Position numbers and translations under genes: made by a program. The notes below the pieces were generated by a model. It was not told the DNA's origin, ran no database searches, and was given only the letters and a program-made list of their open reading frames with translations. DNA of 63,540 bases, filler included, from Octopus bimaculoides (Eukaryota), in the NCBI RefSeq assembly GCF_001194135.2. It is 5 parts of 4 records of this genome, joined end to end, with 100 filler letters (N's around TTAATTAATTAA, not from the genome) between each part and the next. Parts side by side here need not be neighbours in the genome. Positions count along the whole stretch, not along the records: positions 1 to 21,729 come from NC_068989.1; positions 21,830 to 29,071 come from NC_069004.1; 3 more parts are not named here. One strand, given 5' to 3'. Below, one piece after another: positions 11,374-23,291 of this stretch. The number at the start of each line of letters is the position of its first letter. Within the stretch, counting starts at the first letter, position 1.

Positions 11374-11548
11374 TCTGTGCTGATGAAGGGAAATAACCCG
11401 GAAATCGCGATACATAGATATTGTTTTGAGCTGAGTGGGAATGCTAGATTCCCTTGCTCGAAAATATAAGGACACAGCTCGTGTCGTATTGCCAGCTTGA
11501 GACGATGTCTCCTGGGGCTAAATTACAGCAACATTCATCCTAAACCAG
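11374..11548 (+). ncRNA. 175-bp hammerhead-ribozyme module, right copy, intact type I (PLE-like minimal) HHR at 11374-11418
   Basis: The sequence is TCTGTG (stem I), CTGATGA, A, GGG aaataa CCC, G, GAAA, TCGCGA, TA, CATAGA (stem I', one G-U pair). Helix III is the palindrome ATCGCGAT. Cleavage is predicted after AUA at 11412. Confidence 0.85.
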
Positions 11549-12649
11549 GACTGCCTTGTTATGTTGGCAAAATACTGTTGCTGAATATCTCTCGTGAGAT
11601 TTAAAAATAGTAATTTTCTAACTTCATTTCTTTATTCCGAATAATTTTTTCCCAAAATCTGACTACTACTCACTGTTAGTAGGTCATTTTCCTACTTCCG
11701 CATTTGAAATCTATTCAAATGGTCTTTAATTTCGAACTTCCCATGAAATACTAATGGTATACGAGTGGTGTACTGTACAGCAATCGACTGCATTCCTTTT
11801 CTGGTTATACTTAGTCCGATATTATACTTAGTTCGAAGCCATTATTTCATCCGCCTTCAGTCAGTAACACAAAGGCTGCAGTTCTGAAGTTGATTAAATC
11901 TGCACAAAATCTTATGTGTGTAGCCGGGGGTGTAAAAGTTCGAAGCAATTCTTATATCGTTTCAGGAACTTGTATCCAACATGTAACATCATTAAATATT
12001 AATGTGCTGAAAACTGTCTGTAATAATTAGATAATTTAAATTAGATTTTTCCTAATACAAAGTCGCCATTATTTAAGGTATATTATGCTATGCTGAACAA
12101 CAATATATCAAACGTTTGTGGAACATATGTACGATACGTGTACATTGTGCTAAACAATAAGTGTCAAAATGTTTATCATCATCAATATGACTTACAGAAT
12201 ATTTTTAGTTTTCTACGAGCGAAGGAGATGAAGTAATAACATAACATTTTCTTCAGAACAACTTAAGTTATTAACAGTTAATAAGCTTTACTACAATGTA
12301 AATGGTTAAATGGCTCCTGAAGTAGAGCATTTTTCTCATAAAATTTGGATCCGTGTCGACCTGTGTTCACACTGTGCTTACTCTACTATTAGCAAAATAG
12401 CGACTAAGTATATTAAAAAGTACTCTTGGCAGTCTCACCTTTACACAGTCCTTTGCAATCCTTTAGCCAACATCCATTCCCTTTTATGGGCTAAAATACG
12501 TGTGTAATTATTGCTCTTTATCTACTCGTTGCTTATATTTCCCATTAAACAACTTATCTATTAGAGCTCATGAATCATACCTGGCATATTTTTAACTCCT
12601 GAATGTTATGTATTACTTTTCAGAATAAGTAGAAAACAAAAAGTACATA

Positions 12650-12785
12650 GGCGCAGGAGTGACTGTGTGGTAAGTAGCTTGCTAACCAACCACATAGTTC
12701 CGGGTTCAGTCCCACTGCGTGGCACCTTGGGCCGGCCAAAACCTTGTGAGTGGATTTGGTAGACGGAAACTAAAAGAAGCCCGTC

Positions 12786-12864
<79 letters not shown>

Positions 12865-13068
12865 TGTTTGTGTGTCTGTGTTTGTCCCCACACCATCGCT
12901 TGACAACTGATTTTGGTGTGTTTATGTCCTATTCATTTAGCGGTTCGGCAAAACCGACCGATAGAACAAGTACTAAGTTTACAAAGAACAAGTCCTGGGG
13001 TCGATTTGTTCAACTCAAGGCGGTGCTCCAGCATAGCCGCAGTCAAATGACTAAAACAAATAAAAGAA
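12650..13068 (+). mobile_element. SINE family A, full length with long internal (TA)n
   Basis: GGCGCAGGAGTGACTGTGTGGTAAG...GGTTCAGTCCCACTGCG...AAGAAGCCCGTCG(TA)n...GCGGTGCTCCAGCATAGCCGCAGTCAAATGAC. Confidence 0.95.
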
Positions 13069-14999
13069 TGACAGACTCCTTAATGTTATTACATTCAGTG
13101 TTTCGACAGCAAGTTAGTAGAGGACAGAGTAAAAAAGAATTATACAAGTTTATTTCTGGGCTCACATATCGTTAGATTTGAAATTGTCTCTTGATCTTCC
13201 TGAGTTAATACCGTAAATTGCAGAAGTATATAGTGAGAGAAATACATGCGGATATCTTCAGAATTATACATGGTAACTAATAAATAGGTTTTGATTTTGT
13301 AGGTGCATAAGCATAAAAAGATATGTAATTGAAAGATATGTAATTGAAAGATATGTCTAAATTGTTTTTATGTTTCAGATTTGAAATATTACAATTACAA
13401 TTTTTGTGCCTGTTTCAGTATAACTGCTTATGGTATTGGTGTTGTAATGCGATAAATTTCGTTGATATAAAATATGTTTGATAGCAGTATAAATTTTGAT
13501 GATTAAACGCGCCACTTTTCTTTGCATTTTGCGTATATTAATTTCTTAATACAACCAAAGTAGAAATGCCTGGAATGCCTGCTACGGGCAGAGTATTCCC
13601 TCTGATAGCTTATCAAAATCACACATCTTAGAAATGTAAGCTCTTAAGAAAGTGCAACACGGAATTTCCGGAATAACAGATAACATAAGTGTTTGGCAAG
13701 ATAACTACGTTCATCTTATATGCCAACGTTATATAAAATAACCAGTGCTTTTGTTATTCTTGTAAGACGAGACTTGATCGGTACAGCAACTTTGTAGCTG
13801 GGTGATAAATCTAGCGTCAGTTATCACGATAGTTATAATTATCCATGCGCTAAACGGAGCATTCAACATACCTAACTACGTTAGGATATTTTTTTAAATT
13901 ATGTTTATGATGGATCCAGTTACCGCTGATTATTTCTATATAATGTACACCAATTATAAAAATAGGGTCAAAGCTACCTAGTACATGATGATAAAATAGT
14001 AGCTGATGTAATCCTAAAAAAAAAAAAAAGATCATAACTCGGCATTGATAGATGCTTATACATCAATTACTGAAACAATAGAATCCCCCAGGCAATACAG
14101 CTTACAACAGAGTTGTTTCTTTATAGTTTTTTATATTATTGGTTTACTATAGAATTCTAGTTTTCGTCCCATAACACTTTCTTTCGTTGCTAGCGGTACC
14201 TAAATCAAGTGCAGCCTGTCCCACCCTCAGTCTGACCATAGGTGATTCCTTCCAGTGAAAAAGAACTGTTTTTAGTGACCTCTAAAAATAAAAACAATAA
14301 AAAAACAAAAACATGACTTCGCTAGAATTTGAAGTCATAAAGCTGTAACTACCGGAATGCATTCTTTTGATACTCTATCAAATCCCCACCTCTGTTTATG
14401 AAGAAGTAGGCCGGTGAATAAATTCTAAGTACTGTGTAATGTGAACAGAAACTAGATGAGACGACTCACTGTCAGCCTAACTCTTGATCTACAATGACCA
14501 ACATAAAATTGTTTCAGTGTTTAGCGTGTTCTATAAGCAAAACACAAGAGGAGAGTAACTGCATTTTAGTATCTAATATCATCCAGCATGCCTTTCATCT
14601 TTCCATATAAAATAATACGCGGCTTGTATCAGATCAGATCAATTTATCATGGCTTGAATCGCTACTATATTCCTTTCCTTACAAATTGATGACCTAATAT
14701 AGTATTCATTTCAATAACTAAATCTACTACTCCTAGATAACAGCAAAAATCCACGCAAATTATAGTAACAAAAACACACTGACAGCACAAAGCAGATTTT
14801 GTTCTTCCTCTGATCGAGCAGCTATTATCAAAGGTTTTCCGTCAGTTATCTACGATCTGTTGTCTATCTAGAATTAATCTTCTTCTTTAAGGCAACGACG
14901 TCAAGAGGGAGAATTGAATGAACATGTAAATTATTTCTTGATAAAGATATATTACTGTCTGTCTTTACTAGCACAATCACCGACACCTTGAAATCCTTT

Positions 15000-15830
15000 T
15001 GGTGTTTACTGAAGACAAGCTAAGTCTATTTATCTCTCACTCTTTCTCATCTTACACACATCAAACGGTCAATTTCCTACTCTCAGTTCCGTCTCCGTAG
15101 GTTCTCTATTGGCGACCATGCCATAGAGACAGTCTCAACTCATAGCTCTCCCCTTCACCTAAAGGTGGTACCTCACTATTATCTAAGCTGTCCTAACCCG
15201 CACTGCATCCATCCCTCACTTACCCGCCCCCTTTCCACTTACCTACCATTCCTCCATCCTACCCATCCAATGCACAATTTTACGCGCTCTCAGCGAACTC
15301 CTATCCGAATCCATCACCTTCCGCGTCTGCACCAACTTGCTTCTCCATTGCTTCAACTCCCCCCAATACTCCCGGAACTCAATCTAGCCACTTCTGTTGC
15401 TGTCCGCCACGCTGTACCCGTCTTTTCCTCTCTAACACCGTCGTCTTCACCACTACCCATGACTGCTTCTCCCATGTCACTAACTCCTTTAATTGCACTT
15501 CCAGGAATCTGATTTACACCAACCTCTGCTTTATTTGCCAGTCACCTGTACATTTGACAAACTGGCTGACATATGGCAGGGGTTGCAGTTATCCCTCTTG
15601 CCACTCACGCCTCTGGCAACCGCTTTCTACTTCCGGTAACTTCAGCATCAGATTCGATTGTTCTTTCTCTCTATAATTTTGTTCTAGTCTATTTGCTCTG
15701 TAGAAGAGTCTATGCTTGAAACGTAAAAGAGTTTACTTTCTATTTTTCTTGAGCGTAAACCTAATACACTTTCTTCTTCTTTTACCTCACCATCGTGTTA
15801 TAATTTTTGCATATCATATACCCATACATA
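15000..15830 (+). mobile_element. Highly decayed GC-rich Penelope-like remnant (GIY-YIG trace plus HHR relic)
   Basis: 15480-15575 reads NSFNCTSRNLIYT..CFICQS, then (frameshift) HLYI*QTG*, i.e. a decayed LYIGQTGR. An HHR relic CTGTAGA-A-GAG tctatg CTT-GAAA-CG-TA lies at 15698-15725. Boundaries are approximate. Confidence 0.6.
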
Positions 15831-18299
15831 CATATANNNNNNNNNNNNNNNNNNNNNNNNNNNNNNNNNNNNNNNNNNNNNNNNNNNNNNNNNNNNNNNN
15901 NNNNNNNNNNNNNNNNNNNNNNNNNNNNNNNNNNNNNNNNNNNNNNNNNNNNNNNNNNNNNNNNNNNNNNNNNNNNNNNNNNNNNNNNNNNNNNNNNNNN
16001 NNNNNNNNNNNNNNNNNNNNNNNNNNNNNNNNNNNNNNNNNNNNNNNNNNNNNNNNNNNNNNNNNNNNNNNNNNNNNNNNNNNNNNNNNNNNNNNNNNNN
16101 NNNNNNNNNNNNNNNNNNNNNNNNNNNNNNNNNNNNNNNNNNNNNNNNNNNNNNNNNNNNNNNNNNNNNNNNNNNNNNNNNNNNNNNNNNNNNNNNNNNN
16201 NNNNNNNNNNNNNNNNNNNNNNNNNNNNNNNNNNNNNNNNNNNNNNNNNNNNNNNNNNNNNNNNNNNNNNNNNNNNNNNNNNNNNNNNNNNNNNNNNAAA
16301 ATATATATAGTACTTTTTCTACTTCGTGGATTTTCACCTATCGCGGGTGAGTTTTGAACGTAACACTCGCGATAGTCGAGGGAGTATTGTAATCCTTTCG
16401 AAGTATAAATTAATCTGTCGATACGGTACATAACGCGTTAGGAATGAAAGCGTATGAGTGAAAGTATGAACAAGTATAAAATGCAGAGATTCATAACTTA
16501 AATAAATGTAATGAATATTAATGGCGTCTACGAATTTTTAGCTTTAAAAAAAGGCTCAATAACAATCTCGTCTCTTGTAACTATGAGTGTCTAGTTAGAT
16601 AATTGTATTTCATGTGTCATATCCTACTTCTACCTATATTCAATAATGTGTAATATTTTGTATAGGAAACGGAAATATGCACAAATTCACCACAAGAAGC
16701 CACTGATTAAATGAAAACACCAATAAAAGTTATGAGTTGCGTTAATGCTATTGGAATTCTAGTCAACACTATATGTACTCATAGGTGTTGCATTGGCTAA
16801 TTAGGCAAGTATGTTAAAATACCCACTTTAGATTGGTGCAGAAATGGATGGTATATGATTACAGTATACAAACATGTGTATCCCTTGTGATTTAGATACT
16901 TAAACCAGACAGGTTTTTGATTGAAAACACTACTAGTTTTTATCTTTCTTTTGAAGTATTTATGTAAAAAAAAAAACAGATTCCGCAGGAATTGAATATC
17001 CCTGTAATGTTATTTAAAGTATTTTTAATGAAAAACATCCGCTTAGCTTACTAATTTTGAATTTCCTATGTTGATGTAATGAGAGATTTCCCTTAGCCCA
17101 GGAAGGGAGTCAGGAACATTGAAACTAAACTCTATTTTATTGCAGTACATTGAAATCTATTCTATAGATTGGATGAAAGGAAAAATAATCAACATGAGCG
17201 AGGTTTGAACTACGAACGGCATCATACTTCTAAGCTGGTAACCTTTGTATACTGAGAATATTCACAATAAAATATGCATCCATGCATTTTCAAGGCCTGG
17301 TTGATGCACGCATGTGCTTGTGTGCAAATTGATGCTCACAGACACTCAGAAATATACATTTGTGTTAATGTGCATACATACATCTGTTTCTATTAGGATA
17401 AGCACTCACACACTTTAGTATATACACATACATATACATAGGTGTATCTTTACAAAGACGTGCATATATTTATGCAAATATGCACACACACATTTGCAGA
17501 TACAGATGTCAATCGAAAATAAAACACTAGCAAACGCATATACATACATATATGCAGGCATAGACAGAAAATTTGAACATCACGTTCTGGAACTTTTAAA
17601 AGATGAAGAATAGGAAGGAATGATGAGAAAATTCATTCTCATCTTTTAAAGCAGATACGCATTTCACCTGGGTAGATACAATCACCACTGAAAAAAAAAA
17701 TCAATATATTTGATAATGGAAAGTTGAAAAGCTTTCTGCAAATGATACAATTGTCAGTTGAGAACGATAATTCACGTAGACTCTGTTTATTTCAAAGAAA
17801 GAGAATTTTATGAGAGAATTATCATAAGAAGAGAACAACTAAGACCATAAAATGAAATGAGAAATAATTTTTTTAAGAAAATAAGAATTTGCTTCATTAA
17901 GATTTATAAAAAAAATGTCTTTCTTGTTTAATCACAGATTAAATTTTCAACGAAAAGAAGCTAAACATAATTTTTAATAATTCGGAATGTAAAAATGTGA
18001 AAGGATTTTAACATGTTCGAATATTCCGTACTGATGATGTGATTAATGATAAAAAAGACGTTGTAGATTGGAGCCAGTTACACGAATTGCTTGATCAGGT
18101 TTAGAACAAATATTCTGAAAGAAAAATTTGGTCCAGAGTTGTTGCGATATTGATTCTGTGTCTATTGATATTTCACAACCGAGAGATACGACAAGGAGCG
18201 AAATGTATTTGAGGATATATTTCATAATTTAATAAAACAAATCTTCTCTTGAAAAGACCAAATCTAGTTTTTAAAAATTCTGCAAAATGTTCTCGATAA

Positions 18300-18400
18300 T
18301 CTTTCTTTTATGAAACCGCCTTCTGCTTTGATGACTGCTTCGACGCGGAACCTGAAGTTCTAAAACCATTACAGTTGCGGGTAATTTAGTGTGCATTACT
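18300..18400 (-). mobile_element. Tc1/mariner transposase extreme C-terminal relic
   Basis: The minus strand reads FRFRVEAVIKAEGGF, resembling the Tc1/mariner C-terminal RxEAVIKAxGG motif. Confidence 0.5.
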
Positions 18401-18539
18401 CAAGGGACATCAGAAGGAACTGCACATAACCATTTATCATTCATGTTAGAATTTTGGTCTTTTTCAAAGTTTTCTTCATCACCAAAGCATGCTATATTCG
18501 TAAAGACGTTTTTGCCTTAAGTAAATACTTGGCACGGCC

Positions 18540-18700
18540 TAAACGGTTTTCCTGTCTTTTGCAGACATTAATCAGTATCTCCGAAGGATGAATGTTAAAG
18601 TCAATCTGGGCAAGATTTGAAATTAGAATGTGAGGAGTCGCAAGAAATAACGCAACGAGTTCTTTTCCCGGCGCTCCAACGGCTCTGCTAACTCGTCACC
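18540..18700 (-). mobile_element. SINE family B, degenerate
   Basis: GGATGAATGTTAAAGTCAATCTGGGCAAGATTTGAA...CCCGGCGCTCCAACGGCTCTGCTAACTCG resembles the reverse complement of the family B head. Confidence 0.55.
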
Positions 18701-19705
18701 TTACTATACGCTAAATATACGTATACATTACTTTAAAAGTAGATCTAATAAAATTATTCACATTATTCACTTGGCCACGGGTTTCCACACGTTATGTGGG
18801 GATGCGTGACTTCTTCTTTAGCGAAACATTTCGTTTTACGTTACTTCAGTTCAAACAGATGAAAATGAGTTCCGATATTAGGCGGTAAGTTAACTCTGCG
18901 ACAGATCGGCGTCCTGTTCAAGGGAAAGTATTGTATTCTCAGTCAATTACACGCTGTGGAAACCAGATTAGGCTCCAGCATTATGAATCGTATCGTGCAT
19001 TACATACCGAAATCTAAAGTAAATTCGTTCACATTAAAAACCAAATAAAGGAATGAGAGGATGTAGAAAGCATGACCTGCAATTTTGGGATTTCTTCTTC
19101 ATGGCTGAGACAGAATAACTTGTGATATTTGTCTCAACTGCCTTAGTTCTGAGGTCAAATTTTGCCGAGAGAAAAGCTGGTTTCCATATGTGCAGGATGT
19201 ATAAATAAAGTACTCGGTAGGTATAGTGACTGACACTTTCCTTCGTTGTATTTGGTTAAATTTCATTGCTAAAAAGTGACGTAGGGATATAATCTCTTCC
19301 CACAGAATACCTCCCGCAAAAATACCCGATATACTACTGAAATCATTGGAAAAGAGATCAACGTGGACGGCATGACGAGAACGAAACAAAGAAGGAAGTT
19401 AGTGATATCCTACTTAATGTAGTGTGGGCGCATGAAGTAGAAAATTGAATAACCAATATCTTTTAGGCTAATGTTGGAAAATACGGATGATAACGTTCAG
19501 ATACTTTATATCAGCTCAGCAAATCATAACATCCTGTGACTTTACCAAACTAGCAATAACATAAGTATTGAAACACAATTATCTTCAATAGTATCACGAG
19601 AAACTATGATAATGACAGAGAGAAAGTACACGGTGACTATATCAACACAATTTTTTACTGTTGAGTTAGTGTTATTCAACATAAGGCAGCGACGAAAAGT
19701 ATTTA

Positions 19706-19786
<81 letters not shown>

Positions 19787-19800
19787 AATAATAAATAATA
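19706..19800. repeat. (TAA)n microsatellite
   Basis: Direct reading. Confidence 0.95.
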
Positions 19801-20047
19801 AATGATGTGTGATGAAGAACAGAAAACATGAAAACATTAGCTTAATGAATGTTATTATTTCAATCTGAGTTTGGCAAGGAAAAAAAATCAATCGTATTTT
19901 GGTTCTCTCAGATGTACGGATTTCTCCGTACCTTAATGTGGTTGATAGTGAGAGGAGTACAGTATAGATGGAAAGTGCCATCTTATATAATTTCAGTTTA
20001 GGACAAATGCTAAAATTTCCAGCACTAAAACAGACACTAGGTCTGTT

Positions 20048-20380
20048 TTACATTGTACACTCCTTCTCTCAGGTCCACAATATGCACCCGTTCTTCCATT
20101 CCTACATTGTGCACTCTATTATCCCTGCCCTACAAGGTGCAACACTTTCTCGCTGATCTAAAATGTGAGTCTAATTTTCCAGTCCTACAGTATGAAGATC
20201 CTTCTTCCAAATTTAATACGTGCACCCCTTTCGCCAGCTTCAATGTATACATTTTTTTTCTGTCCTCTTTTCCCCAGCCCTAAAGCGTGCACCTCCTTTC
20301 TTTCTCAGCCCTACAATGGGCACAGTCTTTCTCCAACGCTACAACATGCTACCTGTCTTCCAGCCCAACAATTTGTGGCA
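20048..20380. repeat. Degenerate ~27-bp minisatellite, about 11-12 units
   Basis: Recurring CCTACAANGTGCACNCNTT(T/C)CTCCAG-like units, e.g. cctacattgtgcactct, cctacaaggtgcaacac, cctaaagcgtgcacctc, cctacaatgggcacagt. Confidence 0.7.
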
Positions 20381-20871
20381 AAATTTGTACAAAAACTCAC
20401 TCCCACCACTATCCTCTTAAAAAAACTCTTAAAACATGCAACTGAAAAATCACAAACTTATTCACAAGAAATCTATAGTTATGTGTATGATGTAATCAAT
20501 TTTTTTGTAAAATCTTAAGTGTTTGGGGTCAACACATTTCAAAATGTCACGATCACATCGACTTTCCTTCCACATCTGCACCCTGACATTTACTTTTGAA
20601 TGATATTTGTCCGATTAACAAATGTTCATTTGCTTCAGAATTTGAACGGTGCTCCCAGTATTTTAGTTTCACAGGTGATTGACTAGATTGGTGAGTGGAG
20701 CGGGCCGTAATTAAGATTTACAGATTCTTGATGACGTACAATTAATGTATATGGAAGGACACACGAGACAAAGTTGTACTTAAGTAATTATTTAATCAGG
20801 AGAAACTGATAAATGAGACGGTGACTATGTGAAATCTATCGACGAGGCAAACACTTCACTCGAATGAATGA

Positions 20872-20935
<64 letters not shown>

Positions 20936-21773
20936 ACATCTCTCTCTATATAAAATTCTTCGTCTCTCTGTCTCTTCCCAATGCATTCTCAAACGGCACA
21001 ACCAAATCAAATCAAATTTTGCATGGTAAAGCACGTAATTGTTTTGGGATTAAAATAATGCAACATTGGCACTGGTATCGTATCACATGCCGTCGAAACT
21101 CAAAGAATAAAAGTGAAAGTATGACATCTATATTGTAATGTGATATATTGTTTCACTTTTATACTTTACTTTTAATTCTAACCACGACGACAACGACGAT
21201 GATGACGTCACAGTTTGTATATGACTGTATATCTGTCTGCGAATGTATGTGTTTGAGTGTATGAGTGTGTATATGTCTCACAGTGTGTGTGACTTTCCAT
21301 GTTAGATATGTTATTAAACATACTATATGCACATAAGAGCTGGTCAGTGTCAATACGAAATTTTATTTTCATTTCGATTAAAACAATATGACATTTCATA
21401 GAGATAATCTTTCAATTTACGGAGATGTACTTGCATAGCAAGTGACTTGATCTGAGATCATGACCTCGGAGAATATATACATACAACATTCGACGGAGTA
21501 ACTCTTATATATACAACACTTGAATAGACATACAGATCAGTACATAAACAGACATTTACATGTACATACACATATACACACATGCAGACACGCCTACACA
21601 CTTACATACGTGTACGCTCACTAACATACATACATACATACATACATACATACATACATACATGCATACATACATACATATATACATACATGCATACACA
21701 CATACATACATGTTTATATATATACATATNNNNNNNNNNNNNNNNNNNNNNNNNNNNNNNNNNNNNNNNNNNN

Positions 21774-21785
21774 TTAATTAATTAA
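21774..21785. other. Assembly gap linker TTAATTAATTAA (artefact; also 29116-29127, 50776-50787, 62408-62419)
   Basis: An identical 12-mer lies between two runs of 44 N in each case, giving a 100-bp placeholder gap with stops in all six frames. Confidence 0.95.
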
Positions 21786-21847
21786 NNNNNNNNNNNNNNN
21801 NNNNNNNNNNNNNNNNNNNNNNNNNNNNNAAAAAAAAAAAAAAAAAA

Positions 21848-21896
<49 letters not shown>

Positions 21897-22677
21897 TGGA
21901 TATATAAAACTTTACATCCTGTACATCAATTATGTTTATTATAGAAAACCTCATATCCTGTATATCTAATTATATGTGTTTGTATACCAACAGAGATGTG
22001 CGCGTGCATACGTGCGCGTGCATACGTGCATATACACGCATTACGTGTATGCATGTCTGTGTGTGTGAGACACAGAGAGAGAGAAAAAAATGTGTGTGTG
22101 TGTGTGTGTGTGTGTTTGTATATGATAATGGTGGTTATTGTAATGATTATATTCATCCTATATACATAAATAGTTATACATACATACATACATGTTTTCG
22201 CTCAATAAACACACACAAAATATTTTTAAGAACTTGGAGTGGATTCTATGTGTACATTCAGGTATTGCATCAGTAAATTTATTCAATATAGATTGATTAT
22301 AGAGTTTTAATATAATGTACGCTTCCCTGATGCATAAATTGCACCTTCTTTCCATTTCTCTGGTGCTCTTCTGTGGTGTATTGCCTTAGAGATCTTTTGG
22401 CGAGGAACAGTGGGAACATGAATCTAAAATCGATCAGCATTCACCATGGCAATTGGCTTCCAACCCCTTCTTTGGTGACACATTTGGCCATCAGCAAAGT
22501 GGGCTGGTTATTGGGACCTCCATCCATTGTAAAATCCGCGTCTGGCGCCCTCCGGCTGCCGCCTGTTCGGGCCAACGAAGGAAAAGTTTTCGGTGACAAG
22601 GATTTGATGACAAGGACGTGAGTAGGGCAGTGTGCACTTGATCCTGATCAGGGATGACTCGACAGTCATAGTCTTTC

Positions 22678-22975
22678 ACTTACTCACTCACTCATTCATT
22701 CGTTCACTCATTACACATTCACTCACTCATCACTCATTGATCTACTCATTCATGCAATCACTCACTCACTCTCTCACTCACTCACACACCACTCACTCGC
22801 TCACTCACACAATCATCCACTCACTCACTCACTCACTCACTCACTCACTCATCACTCATTGATCTACTCCTTCATGCACTCACTCATTCGCTCACTCATT
22901 CGTTCACTCATTACACACTCACTCACTCATCACTCATTGATCTACTTTATGCACTCACTCGCTCACTCACTCACT
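22678..22975. repeat. (CACT)n-derived low-complexity array with higher-order repeats
   Basis: The TCAC units include a re-used block ATCACTCATTGATCTACT (three times) and CATTCGTTCACTCATTACAC (twice). Confidence 0.85.
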
Positions 22976-23227
22976 TTCTCTTTCTTACACACACGCTCAC
23001 ATAGACACCGCCACTACCCATCACCACTACCACCACACATAGTTGGACATAACCACACACAAACACACACAAACACACACACATACACAAACACACATGT
23101 ACTGATATGTAGATACACACACAGGCTAACTTGAACATCCGAACACACTCACAGGCACAGACATATCTATTATCCGCCACCTTGACTCATTCAGACAGGC
23201 TTACCCACGCGCCAATCTTACACATAT

Positions 23228-23291
<64 letters not shown>

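Noticed and set aside
8541-11548. Interpretation as an ordinary cut-and-paste DNA transposon with 175-bp TIRs
   Set aside because: There is no TSD and no transposase, and the arms are HHR-bearing PLE-type sequence. It is kept as a finding under a retro-origin hypothesis instead.
20048-20380. Possible CRISPR-like or C2H2 zinc-finger array
   Set aside because: There are no unique spacers, the units are degenerate and contiguous, and the context is eukaryotic. There is no CxxC/HxxxH or 84-bp period.
21774-21785. Identical TTAATTAATTAA islands inside four N runs
   Set aside because: Each is 44 N + 12 + 44 N = 100 bp, a scaffolding placeholder and not biology.
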